Below, in pieces: positions 29,012 to 36,918 of a DNA stretch of 64,000 nucleotides. Position numbers and translations under genes: made by a program. Numbering within the stretch: the stretch's first letter is position 1; every line of letters starts with the position of its first letter. The DNA is from Patescibacteria group bacterium (GTDB taxonomy: Bacteria > Patescibacteriota > Patescibacteriia > Patescibacteriales > UBA12465), in assembly GCA_041665845.1 (NCBI GenBank), contig JBAYIC010000007.1, positions 3,046 to 67,045 of the forward strand, in the 5' to 3' direction. Below the pieces are notes generated by a model. The model was given only the letters and a program-made list of their open reading frames with translations, was not told the origin of the DNA and did not search any database.

Positions 29012-30906
29012 TTTTTTTTATCTCTATCAAATAAACTTTGTAGATATAATTTTGCATTAAAGCTTAATCTATTATTAAACAAGGATAAAATTTGTTTGTA
29101 GCTACTGACTTCGGCTAACTTTTTTAAAACATCTTTATAAGTAGACGCACTATAGTCTGTTTCAAAAATTTCATTAGTAATTATTGATAAATTTTCACCA
29201 AAACTTTCAATATTTAAACTATTAATAATTGGTTCTCCACCTTGTCTTTTCAAAACGTTAATATATTTTGAGGGAATCTCTTGTATTACAATTGGCGAAT
29301 GTGTAGAAATGACCGCATATGAGTCAAACTGGTTAATAATTTTATTAAGCATTCTCATAAAATTAGAAATGGCATTAGGATGAAGATGCACTTCTGGTTC
29401 ATCAATTAAAAGCAATGATTGCTCACGAATATAAGCTATTATATTAGTAAAAATATTAAGTAAAATCGCTTCGCCAGAACTAGTTTCATTAAATATCTTT
29501 TCATAATCTTTATTATTAAAATTATCAATCCCCAAAAGTTCCCCAATTACAACTTTCCATATTTCTAATCTTTCGTTTTGTTCAACACTAACCATCGCTT
29601 TAATAAATTTATCCCTTAACTCGTGTCTACTCATGAGCCTCTCTAACTTTTCTCCATTATTTTTTTCCGAGATTCTTATTCCTAAAAATAAATAACTAAA
29701 AACTTCGGTGCTTGCTTCAGGGATTTCAAATTTATCAAATACGCTATATGAAATTGCAATTATTTTACTAAAATGCGGCTTTGGTTCAAAAAATCCATAA
29801 CTATTTTTATTATTTAGCTGCCCGCTTAACGCATTCGCCATATTAGCGAGTAAACCTGTTTTGCCTGTGCCATTCTTTCCTATCAATGCATTTATTCTGT
29901 AGGGGAGCTTATCTTTTTTAAAGTTAAAAGATATCTTATGATCAGAATCAAACCCGAGAATCTTCGTTGTAAATAGAAACTGTGTATTATTCTCAAAAAC
30001 TTCATATCCAATTTTAAATAACTCGCCAGCTTCATTAAAAGCTTTTTCGGTCTCACTGAAACGCATTATTGATGTTTTCCACCCCTCATCACTTAAAAAA
30101 TCATCAGAAAATTCGCTTCCCCTAAATACAGCGTCATTTAAAGCTCTCAAAATCAGCTCATATTCCTCTACTGGTATTTTCACTACTTCTTGATAATATT
30201 CTATCGAATTCCCAAGTGAAATATAATCATCCGCTAACTTTTCAATATCATTATCGATTCTTGTAATCTTATTATTTTTTTGAAGTATTTTTATTGTTCC
30301 CAGCCTAATACTCTCTTTTTTATTTTTGTAATAAACTACATGAAATAAAGTTTGCCAATTAAAGTCATTCCAATTATCTCTAGCCAAACACAAACAAGGA
30401 TAAAAGACTGAATCTGTTTGTGGCGGTGACGGATTTAAATAGCTGCTTCCTATGTAAATTTTTAATTTCGGATAATAATTAGTTTCTCTATATTTAAATA
30501 CCGGCCTGTTAAGCAAAAAACTTGCCCTGTATAATTCATAGCCAGAATTTTTTAACAGCCGATTGAATTCGTTAAAAAGTATTAATACTTGAGCAGTCTC
30601 TTCTCTGACGGTCGGATGCAAACAAAGACAAATAAATTCTAAGAAAATATTGTCTGCGCAATTTAGTAGATTAAAACGCTCATCTTTAAAAACCCAATCA
30701 TCATCCCAATCATTCGGATTAGTTATTCTGTGTCTTATTATATCGCCAGCGGCGTCTTTATGTCTTGCGTCATATGAAGGGAGTAATGACAAGTCAAATA
30801 TTTTACTTAAAAAGTCTACATCATCTAAATTTCCATGCCAAGAAATTGAAGAAATTTTAAGAGAATCAAAAATGCTTTGTCTAATTATTTTATTAATTTT
30901 TCTCAT
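29008..30906 (-). CDS. ABC/AAA_21-type ATPase with a ~340-aa N-terminal extension (Septu PtuA-like)
   Basis: Walker A GKNGTGKT (residues 343-350), Walker B LLLIDEPEVHLHP, STHSP. The N-terminus carries SWHG, DWDDDWVF and LHPTVRE blocks. Confidence 0.75.
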   Translation of the reverse strand: MRKINKIIRQSIFDSLKISSISWHGNLDDVDFLSKIFDLSLLPSYDARHKDAAGDIIRHRITNPNDWDDDWVFKDERFNLLNCADNIFLEFICLCLHPTVREETAQVLILFNEFNRLLKNSGYELYRASFLLNRPVFKYRETNYYPKLKIYIGSSYLNPSPPQTDSVFYPCLCLARDNWNDFNWQTLFHVVYYKNKKESIRLGTIKILQKNNKITRIDNDIEKLADDYISLGNSIEYYQEVVKIPVEEYELILRALNDAVFRGSEFSDDFLSDEGWKTSIMRFSETEKAFNEAGELFKIGYEVFENNTQFLFTTKILGFDSDHKISFNFKKDKLPYRINALIGKNGTGKTGLLANMANALSGQLNNKNSYGFFEPKPHFSKIIAISYSVFDKFEIPEASTEVFSYLFLGIRISEKNNGEKLERLMSRHELRDKFIKAMVSVEQNERLEIWKVVIGELLGIDNFNNKDYEKIFNETSSGEAILLNIFTNIIAYIREQSLLLIDEPEVHLHPNAISNFMRMLNKIINQFDSYAVISTHSPIVIQEIPSKYINVLKRQGGEPIINSLNIESFGENLSIITNEIFETDYSASTYKDVLKKLAEVSSYKQILSLFNNRLSFNAKLYLQSLFDRDKKK

Positions 30907-31003
30907 TAATTTAAATTTAATAAATAAAGCTTATCAATTATTATATATAATGTATTTTAATCAATTTTATCTCTATTTATCATTATAAAAAACATTAAAA
31001 AAT

Positions 31004-31504
31004 CTAATCTAATTTTTCTTCAATTAAATTCCAACTATTTAAATATCGTTCTATGTTCCAACCATTTTCATTTTTCTTTGGTGGTATCTGGACGGAACGG
31101 AAACTAGTTTTGGCATGATGTTGCCCTTTTTTCCCCGGAGCATTAAACCATATTTCATGAGATTCTTTTACATTCCTAGCCATAACAGAAGACGGAATTA
31201 TGTAATAAGAAAAATCTTGTTTAGACTGCATAGTCGGAATACAAGCTAAAACCCAAAAAAAATTATTTCCATATTCTTTTTCTGCCTTTTTTCCAACACT
31301 GCAATCACTGTCGCTTGGACGAAAAGTTTTAACTTGAATATGGACAAATTTAGTACCTTCTTCATTACTGCAGAGAATATCGGTATTAGGACAGTTGCCC
31401 ATAGTCACTACTGCCGCATAACCTCGGCGACAAAGTTCCGCTGCAACAAAAAATTGACTCGCACTACCTCTATGATTTTTGTTTTTTGTTTTACTGCCCT
31501 GCAT
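31004..31504 (-). CDS. PD-(D/E)xK nuclease-fold protein (Hjc-like)
   Basis: E23 (AAELCRRGY), D42 (NTDILC) and Q57-V-K59 (HIQVKT) are spaced as in Hjc/PDDEXK nucleases. Confidence 0.5.
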   Translation of the reverse strand: MQGSKTKNKNHRGSASQFFVAAELCRRGYAAVVTMGNCPNTDILCSNEEGTKFVHIQVKTFRPSDSDCSVGKKAEKEYGNNFFWVLACIPTMQSKQDFSYYIIPSSVMARNVKESHEIWFNAPGKKGQHHAKTSFRSVQIPPKKNENGWNIERYLNSWNLIEEKLD

Positions 31505-31509
31505 ATATT

Positions 31510-32169
31510 TTAGATATGAAAATTATCAATTTTTCTTTTTTTATTATTTATAGCATAATCATCCAATGAAAATTTCTCCAAAGGAGTTAGTCCTCTCCCG
31601 GAATATTCGAGCGTTCTATATAAATATCCAATAAACGAACCAGCATAACGAAAACGTCTGACGCAAGCACTAATATGACTATCTACAAGATCATTATACC
31701 CCTTCCAACTAGAAAAACTCTTATCGAACTCAACCCAATAATCTACTAAATATCTTAATAGCACCAATATCTTATCGTTTGCTAGCATATTACCCTTCTG
31801 AGATAATCTCACAAGCTTAATGCTTATCCAATCACAAATTGTCTTATCTTCTTTGCTTTCTCTAGATATAAAAGTATAGAGTTTTTCTTTATATTTATTC
31901 AAAATTATATTTAGCTCATCCTCGTCTTCATATAAAGATACTGTTTTTCTTTGTCTTCTTTTCTTCTTCAACCATAACCCCTGATTATATCTTTGAAGTT
32001 GAGAAATTACTAAATCCCAATCCGTCTGATTAAATTCATCTTTTATATTGTCAACGATATATTTATACGAAACCTTACATCGATATTTTACCCAATTTAA
32101 ATGAAATGATTTCGGCTGTTTTTTTATCAACGATCTATCTATATTTCTTACAGCCTGACTTAAATCCAT
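31510..32169 (-). CDS. Hypothetical protein (219 aa)
   Basis: ORF track. 2-nt and 5-nt spacers to its neighbours. No motif recognised. Confidence 0.6.
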   Translation of the reverse strand: MDLSQAVRNIDRSLIKKQPKSFHLNWVKYRCKVSYKYIVDNIKDEFNQTDWDLVISQLQRYNQGLWLKKKRRQRKTVSLYEDEDELNIILNKYKEKLYTFISRESKEDKTICDWISIKLVRLSQKGNMLANDKILVLLRYLVDYWVEFDKSFSSWKGYNDLVDSHISACVRRFRYAGSFIGYLYRTLEYSGRGLTPLEKFSLDDYAINNKKRKIDNFHI

Positions 32170-32171
32170 TG

Positions 32172-32465
32172 TTAATCCAGATTAATTATCTTGCCGTCTT
32201 CATGTAGAAAATGATGATGATAAAATTTACCTTTAAAATTTCCACATTCTTTACACGTACTAGCTAGATAACTTTCATTACTAGTTTTACTATAATGATT
32301 TTGCAAAATCACTCCATTTTGCTTTGCAAGAGATATTTCAAGTTCATTAAACTCCTCCGGGCCTTTATATGTTCCACCATCAAAAACAAGTGCGGTTTTC
32401 ATTAATTTGCCACATTTCCAACATTCTATATCTATTACCTTTAAATATTTCTCATCTCTTTTCAT
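32172..32465 (-). CDS. Zinc-ribbon protein (97 aa)
   Basis: CWKCG ... CKECG, two CxxC pairs. Confidence 0.6.
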   Translation of the reverse strand: MKRDEKYLKVIDIECWKCGKLMKTALVFDGGTYKGPEEFNELEISLAKQNGVILQNHYSKTSNESYLASTCKECGNFKGKFYHHHFLHEDGKIINLD

Positions 32466-32470
32466 ATTTC

Positions 32471-32647
32471 TTATGTCTCTATAATTTTATAATTCTTTTG
32501 AAGATACATAAGCTCTTCAACCTTATTCTTAATAATTTCATTTTTGGTATCACAACATTCATCCTGAATTAATAAATTCAAAATGGTTGCCAAGGTTCCA
32601 AAATAATCATCCGATTTTATGTGAAATTCTAGCGATTCAATGTTCAT
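32471..32647 (-). CDS. Unannotated 58-aa ORF (MNIESLEFHIKSDDYFGTLATILNLLIQDECCDTKNEIIKNKVEELMYLQKNYKIIET)
   Basis: Found by hand. Its ATG overlaps the TGA of the 534-aa gene (ATGA), and its stop lies 5 nt before the next ATG. Confidence 0.5.
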   Translation of the reverse strand: MNIESLEFHIKSDDYFGTLATILNLLIQDECCDTKNEIIKNKVEELMYLQKNYKIIET

Positions 32648-34248
32648 ACTTTTTGTATCTTAGAAATTACAACATTATAATTTAACATTCTTAGCCTTTT
32701 ACAAACATTTGATAATGCTATTTTACTAAAAAATGGTAAATTCAACTCTTCCGCCGATGAACTTATTATTGCAAAAACAATTTGATATTCAGTAGCATTT
32801 GGTTTACTATCCGTGTCAGAGAGTTTGCAGTCAGCAGGTAAAATATTATTTACGCCATCCCTAAAAGATTTCTCTTCCAAAAACAGTTCGCCAGATACCA
32901 GCCCCTGATTAAATAAATGGCTCAAAACGCTAGAACCGCCATATATCTTAACATGAATCAATCTTTTGTTTGATTTCGAAAACAAATCACAAAATTCTAC
33001 TTTATTATTTCCGCCTCCTATTTGGATTAATTTTTTATCAAAAAGAATATAATCATTATTGTCTTCGGATACTTTTTTGTTATATCCTCCCTCACCCTTG
33101 TCATCCCCTTTTCCTGCAAAAATATTTTCTTGATAATCAGGAAGCCCTAAATTTAACTTAGGCACCGAATCAAATCTTGAATTTATATCGCTAACAAAGC
33201 TGGCATTAATTTTATACCAATTTTTATTATTTAAAATATAATAATTCCCCTCTAAAGTCGTTTCGCAATATAAACAGCTATAAATGCTCCAATCAGCGAA
33301 TTCACTCTTCGTGAAATCATAAACTCTAAACACGTCATAATAGCATTTAAGCTTCTTGATATCTAAGTCATTTAATTTATCACCTAGATAGGCCTTAAAA
33401 TCTAATAAATGTAGATCCTCAAATTGATCTTGGCTACTTTTACTATACTTAAAACCTTCAATTCCAGACCACTCTATAACCTCAGGAACAGCCAACCAGA
33501 TTTTATCTAGATTTTCACCTTTAATTCTATTAACTAACTCTTCGTCTAATTTTTCTATCAAACCGCTATTATCGACTTTTCTTATATTATTAATCCAAGC
33601 AAAATTTTCTTTATAAGCCTCACTCTTATAATATTTAAGATACTCACTCAAGAATCCTTTTATTGTTTTATAATCAGATTCTATTGTTACATGGAAAGAA
33701 TCCCTCCCCGTTATTATCCCGCCTAAATCTTCAACGCTACACTTTCCCGTAACAACATTAACTAAGTCTTGCTCTATATCGACGCCAAAATCCTTTATCT
33801 CACCACTTTTAATAAGCTGCTCTCTGGTTTTCTTTCCGCTTAACGCAAGATCGACTTTGTCGACGCTTCTTAACGTATTTGGTGTAACTAAATTTAATGT
33901 AGTAAACAATCCAAAATCATCTTCACAAACGTCTTTTTTGAGCAGGCTTTTTCCATATCCAAAAACTAGGGCTAATACTCTCTCGTCAACTTCTGTTAAA
34001 AAAACAGCCCTTGTATTTGAGTTACAAAAGCTGATATCACCAAGGGTATCGATGCCAAAAAATTTTTTCAACCAGTTTGGTTCACTTTTTTTGGACTCGG
34101 AGAAATAAAGTGTCCCAATAATCTCATCACCATTTTTTATTTCTTCTTTTTCAAGCGCATCAAAATTATCCACAATATCTTCAAAATCTTTAAACTGTGT
34201 CTTTATGAAAAAAACGGCTATTTTATTTTTATTTTTTCTAGCTGGCAT
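32644..34248 (-). CDS. TIGR04141/DUF6119-like 'sporadically distributed' protein (534 aa)
   Basis: Length and blocks (LVFGYG, DDFGL..TLNLV, ITGRDS, EFCDL-x9-LIHVK..GSSVLSHLFNQG) match my memory of that family. Not verified. Confidence 0.55.
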   Translation of the reverse strand: MPARKNKNKIAVFFIKTQFKDFEDIVDNFDALEKEEIKNGDEIIGTLYFSESKKSEPNWLKKFFGIDTLGDISFCNSNTRAVFLTEVDERVLALVFGYGKSLLKKDVCEDDFGLFTTLNLVTPNTLRSVDKVDLALSGKKTREQLIKSGEIKDFGVDIEQDLVNVVTGKCSVEDLGGIITGRDSFHVTIESDYKTIKGFLSEYLKYYKSEAYKENFAWINNIRKVDNSGLIEKLDEELVNRIKGENLDKIWLAVPEVIEWSGIEGFKYSKSSQDQFEDLHLLDFKAYLGDKLNDLDIKKLKCYYDVFRVYDFTKSEFADWSIYSCLYCETTLEGNYYILNNKNWYKINASFVSDINSRFDSVPKLNLGLPDYQENIFAGKGDDKGEGGYNKKVSEDNNDYILFDKKLIQIGGGNNKVEFCDLFSKSNKRLIHVKIYGGSSVLSHLFNQGLVSGELFLEEKSFRDGVNNILPADCKLSDTDSKPNATEYQIVFAIISSSAEELNLPFFSKIALSNVCKRLRMLNYNVVISKIQKV

Positions 34249-34268
34249 ATGGTTTTATTCATATTTTT

Positions 34269-34297
34269 ATACTACCTCTAAACAAAATTATAATCAA
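34269..34297 (-). promoter_or_regulatory. Sigma70-like promoter of the 534-aa operon
   Basis: Minus strand TTGATT-17 nt-TAGTAT, about 20 nt upstream of ATG 34248. Confidence 0.55.
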
Positions 34298-34380
34298 TTT
34301 TTTCTCTAAAATTAAAGAATCTTTACTGCCATGTTATATAGCATATTACATGGTTTTGGCTAATAATAAAGCAAATACTC

Positions 34381-34409
34381 TTGCACAATATTTTTAAATA
34401 TGCTAGACT
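34381..34409 (+). promoter_or_regulatory. Sigma70-like promoter
   Basis: TTGCAC-17 nt-TAGACT on the plus strand. Confidence 0.55.
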
Positions 34410-34415
34410 GTGGAT

Positions 34416-34892
34416 AAGTGAAATTAACAACCGAATTTAACCTGTATCTCTATAACGTAGAGAAAGATAGAATAAGCGATACTTCAGGGCGACTATTCCA
34501 AGAACTGCGGTAAAGCTATATTCAAACAGAAATATATTACTATTTACAGAAAAGCCCAAGGCTATTAGCAAGGAGCTGGACTATAAATGAAAGAATATGT
34601 TTCGAAGACTATTAGTCTTAATCTAATTTACGTGAGATAAAATGCGTTTGTGTTTTAGTGCCTGTTGGCAATAAAAACTAAAACAGAAACAGCATTTGAA
34701 TAGGTTTGTAATACTATCTATACCCTTATCGACGAAAGTCGGAGATAATAAGCCAGTATAGTTGCAAGGTTATAAATCGAAGGTAAGAGACAAGTTTAAT
34801 AACAAGATTATTTAAACTGGTCATTACTTTTGATTTGTAACCTTTTTTATTTATCAAACAGTAGACCAGTCGAATAATCGGCTGGTTTTTTT
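34416..34892 (+). ncRNA. Candidate ~480-nt structured RNA or long attenuator leader upstream of the ParB-methylase gene
   Basis: No ORF of 60 aa or more on either strand across ~670 bp. A promoter sits at 34381 and a terminator at 34865-34892. Long helices lie at 34639-34697, 34716-34761 (GAAA tetraloop) and 34768-34842. Confidence 0.45.
34865..34892 (+). terminator. Intrinsic terminator 28 nt upstream of the methylase start codon
   Basis: Stem accagtcg/cggctggt (one G-U pair), 6-nt loop, T7 run. Confidence 0.7.
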
Positions 34893-34919
34893 AAAAAACC
34901 AACTTAAATATTTATCTAT

Positions 34920-36185
34920 ATGAGTATAAACTCTAAAGAAAAATTAAAAATTGAAGAAGTAAATATCGCCCTGCTAAAACAATCCGAATATAATCCCAGA
35001 AAATTAAGCGATAAACAAGAAGAAACACTAACTAAAAGCATTAAAGAATACCAATTATTAGATCCGCTAATAGTAAATAATTACAAAGGCAGAGAAAATA
35101 TTATTATTTCAGGTCATCAACGCTATAAGGTGGCAAAGAAACTGGGTTATAAAGAAGTTCCCGTGGTTTATGTTTGTCTAAATCTAGAAAATGAAAAAAG
35201 ATTAAATTTACTAATGAACAAAGCGCAAGGAGAATGGAATTATGAGCTTCTTCAGTCTTTCGACGTAGACCTATTGCTAGACACTGGTTTTGACGAAATA
35301 GATTTTTCTAAAATATTTGATGAGACTATGGAAACTGAAGATGACGGATTTAATATTAGCAAGGAATTAGAAAAAGCTAAGACTACCGATATCAAACCTG
35401 GCGACATATTTAAAATTTGTGGACAAACTGTTTTATGCGGCGATTCAACAGATCCGGAAGTTATTAAAAAATTAATGGGCGAAGAAAAAGCCGATATAAT
35501 CTTAAACGATCCTCCTTATAATCTGAATATTTCATACTCAAGGGGCTTAAGCGGTAACATGAACTACTGTGGTCAAGTTGATGATAATAAAAGTGATTCT
35601 GAATATCGAGAATTTATCAAAAAATCTCTGGCTAACGGATTAGCGGTCAGCAAAAAAAATTTACATGTTTTTTATTACCACGACCCAAAATATACGGGTA
35701 TGTTTCAAGATATCTATAAAGAACTGGGAGTCCAGTATAAAAGAACTGCCCTTTGGATCAAGAATAATGCCAACATGACCCCGCAAGTAGCATTCAATAG
35801 GTGCTACGAACCAATACTATATGGAACAACAGGAAAACCCTATCTTTCTGATGTTAAAAATTTTAACGAGATTATTAACAAAGAGGTTGGTGTCGGCAAT
35901 AGAGCAATAGAAGATATCCTTGACCTACTAGACATATGGCTGGTTAAACGTTTGCCTAGCACAGATTACGAGCATCCAACGGACAAAAATCCAACACTTC
36001 ATGAAAAAGCTTTAAGGCGGTGTACAAAAGTTAATGACGTTGTTCTTGATATGTTTGGCGGTGGAGGTTCTTTGGCTATCGCTTGTGCGCAATTAAAGCG
36101 TAGGAGTTTTATTTGCGAACAAAGCCCAATTTTTACACAATTAATAGTCAATCGACTTAAAATATATGAAAATACAAAAAATTAA
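34920..36185 (+). CDS. ParB-like nuclease domain fused to a beta-class N6-adenine/N4-cytosine DNA methyltransferase
   Basis: N-terminus EYNPRK...ISGHQRYKVAKKLG (ParB/Srx fold). Motif IV LNDPPY precedes motif I DMFGGGGS. Confidence 0.85.
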   Translation: MSINSKEKLKIEEVNIALLKQSEYNPRKLSDKQEETLTKSIKEYQLLDPLIVNNYKGRENIIISGHQRYKVAKKLGYKEVPVVYVCLNLENEKRLNLLMNKAQGEWNYELLQSFDVDLLLDTGFDEIDFSKIFDETMETEDDGFNISKELEKAKTTDIKPGDIFKICGQTVLCGDSTDPEVIKKLMGEEKADIILNDPPYNLNISYSRGLSGNMNYCGQVDDNKSDSEYREFIKKSLANGLAVSKKNLHVFYYHDPKYTGMFQDIYKELGVQYKRTALWIKNNANMTPQVAFNRCYEPILYGTTGKPYLSDVKNFNEIINKEVGVGNRAIEDILDLLDIWLVKRLPSTDYEHPTDKNPTLHEKALRRCTKVNDVVLDMFGGGGSLAIACAQLKRRSFICEQSPIFTQLIVNRLKIYENTKN

Positions 36186-36918
36186 ACGTGGGGATATTAT
36201 CCAACTCGGGGAGCATCGATTACTCTTCGGCGACTCACGCGACCAAGAAAAAATTAAAGAGCTTATTGGAAACAGTAAAATTAATTTAATATTAAGCGAC
36301 CCTCCTTATGGAATCGACTATGTCGCTAGTAAGTCGGGTTTTAGTCAGAGCCTTGGAAAGCCTAAGGATATAGCTAACGATCAACTTCAAAGTGAAGATG
36401 AATATATTAAATTTACAGAAGATTGGCTAAAAGTTATTCTGCCATATCTTGATAGAAAAAACTCTATCTATATATTCAACTCTGACAAGATGATATTTGC
36501 CTTAAGACAGGCCATGAAGAATATTGGCATATATTTTTCCCAGCTGTTAATCTGGGCAAAAAGTAATGCCGTTATAGGTAGACTGGACTATCTTCCAATG
36601 CACGAGTTAATCGCTTATGGTTGGTTTGGCACACATTCTTTCAAAAAAAGTAAAGATAAAAGCATTCTGTTTTGTCCAAAACCAAGCAAGAGCAAATTAC
36701 ACCCGACGATTAAACCCCTTTCACTTTTAAGACGGCTAATACTTAATAGTACTAATATTGGAGATGTTGTCTACGATGGTTTTGGCGGATCGGGTAGTAC
36801 ACTTATGGCAGCCGAAATGATAGGACGGAAATGTTTAATGGTTGAGACTGACGAGGAATACTGCCAAACAATAATTAACAGATATTATCGACTGAAAAAT
36901 ATATCTGAATCACTATGA
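36166..36918 (+). CDS. DNA methyltransferase (beta-class, DPPY)
   Basis: LSDPPYG ... DGFGGSGST. Overlaps the upstream methylase gene by 20 nt. Confidence 0.85.
   Translation: MKIQKIKRGDIIQLGEHRLLFGDSRDQEKIKELIGNSKINLILSDPPYGIDYVASKSGFSQSLGKPKDIANDQLQSEDEYIKFTEDWLKVILPYLDRKNSIYIFNSDKMIFALRQAMKNIGIYFSQLLIWAKSNAVIGRLDYLPMHELIAYGWFGTHSFKKSKDKSILFCPKPSKSKLHPTIKPLSLLRRLILNSTNIGDVVYDGFGGSGSTLMAAEMIGRKCLMVETDEEYCQTIINRYYRLKNISESL

Noticed and set aside
34416-34892. The ORF-free structured region as RNase P RNA, group II intron domain V, or retron msr/msd.
   Set aside because: The cgacGAAAgtcgg hairpin only superficially resembles RNase P GGAAAGUCC or a D5 tetraloop. The AGC triad and 2-nt bulge of D5 are absent, and so are the RNase P conserved regions. 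No reverse transcriptase or intron-encoded protein lies in the window.
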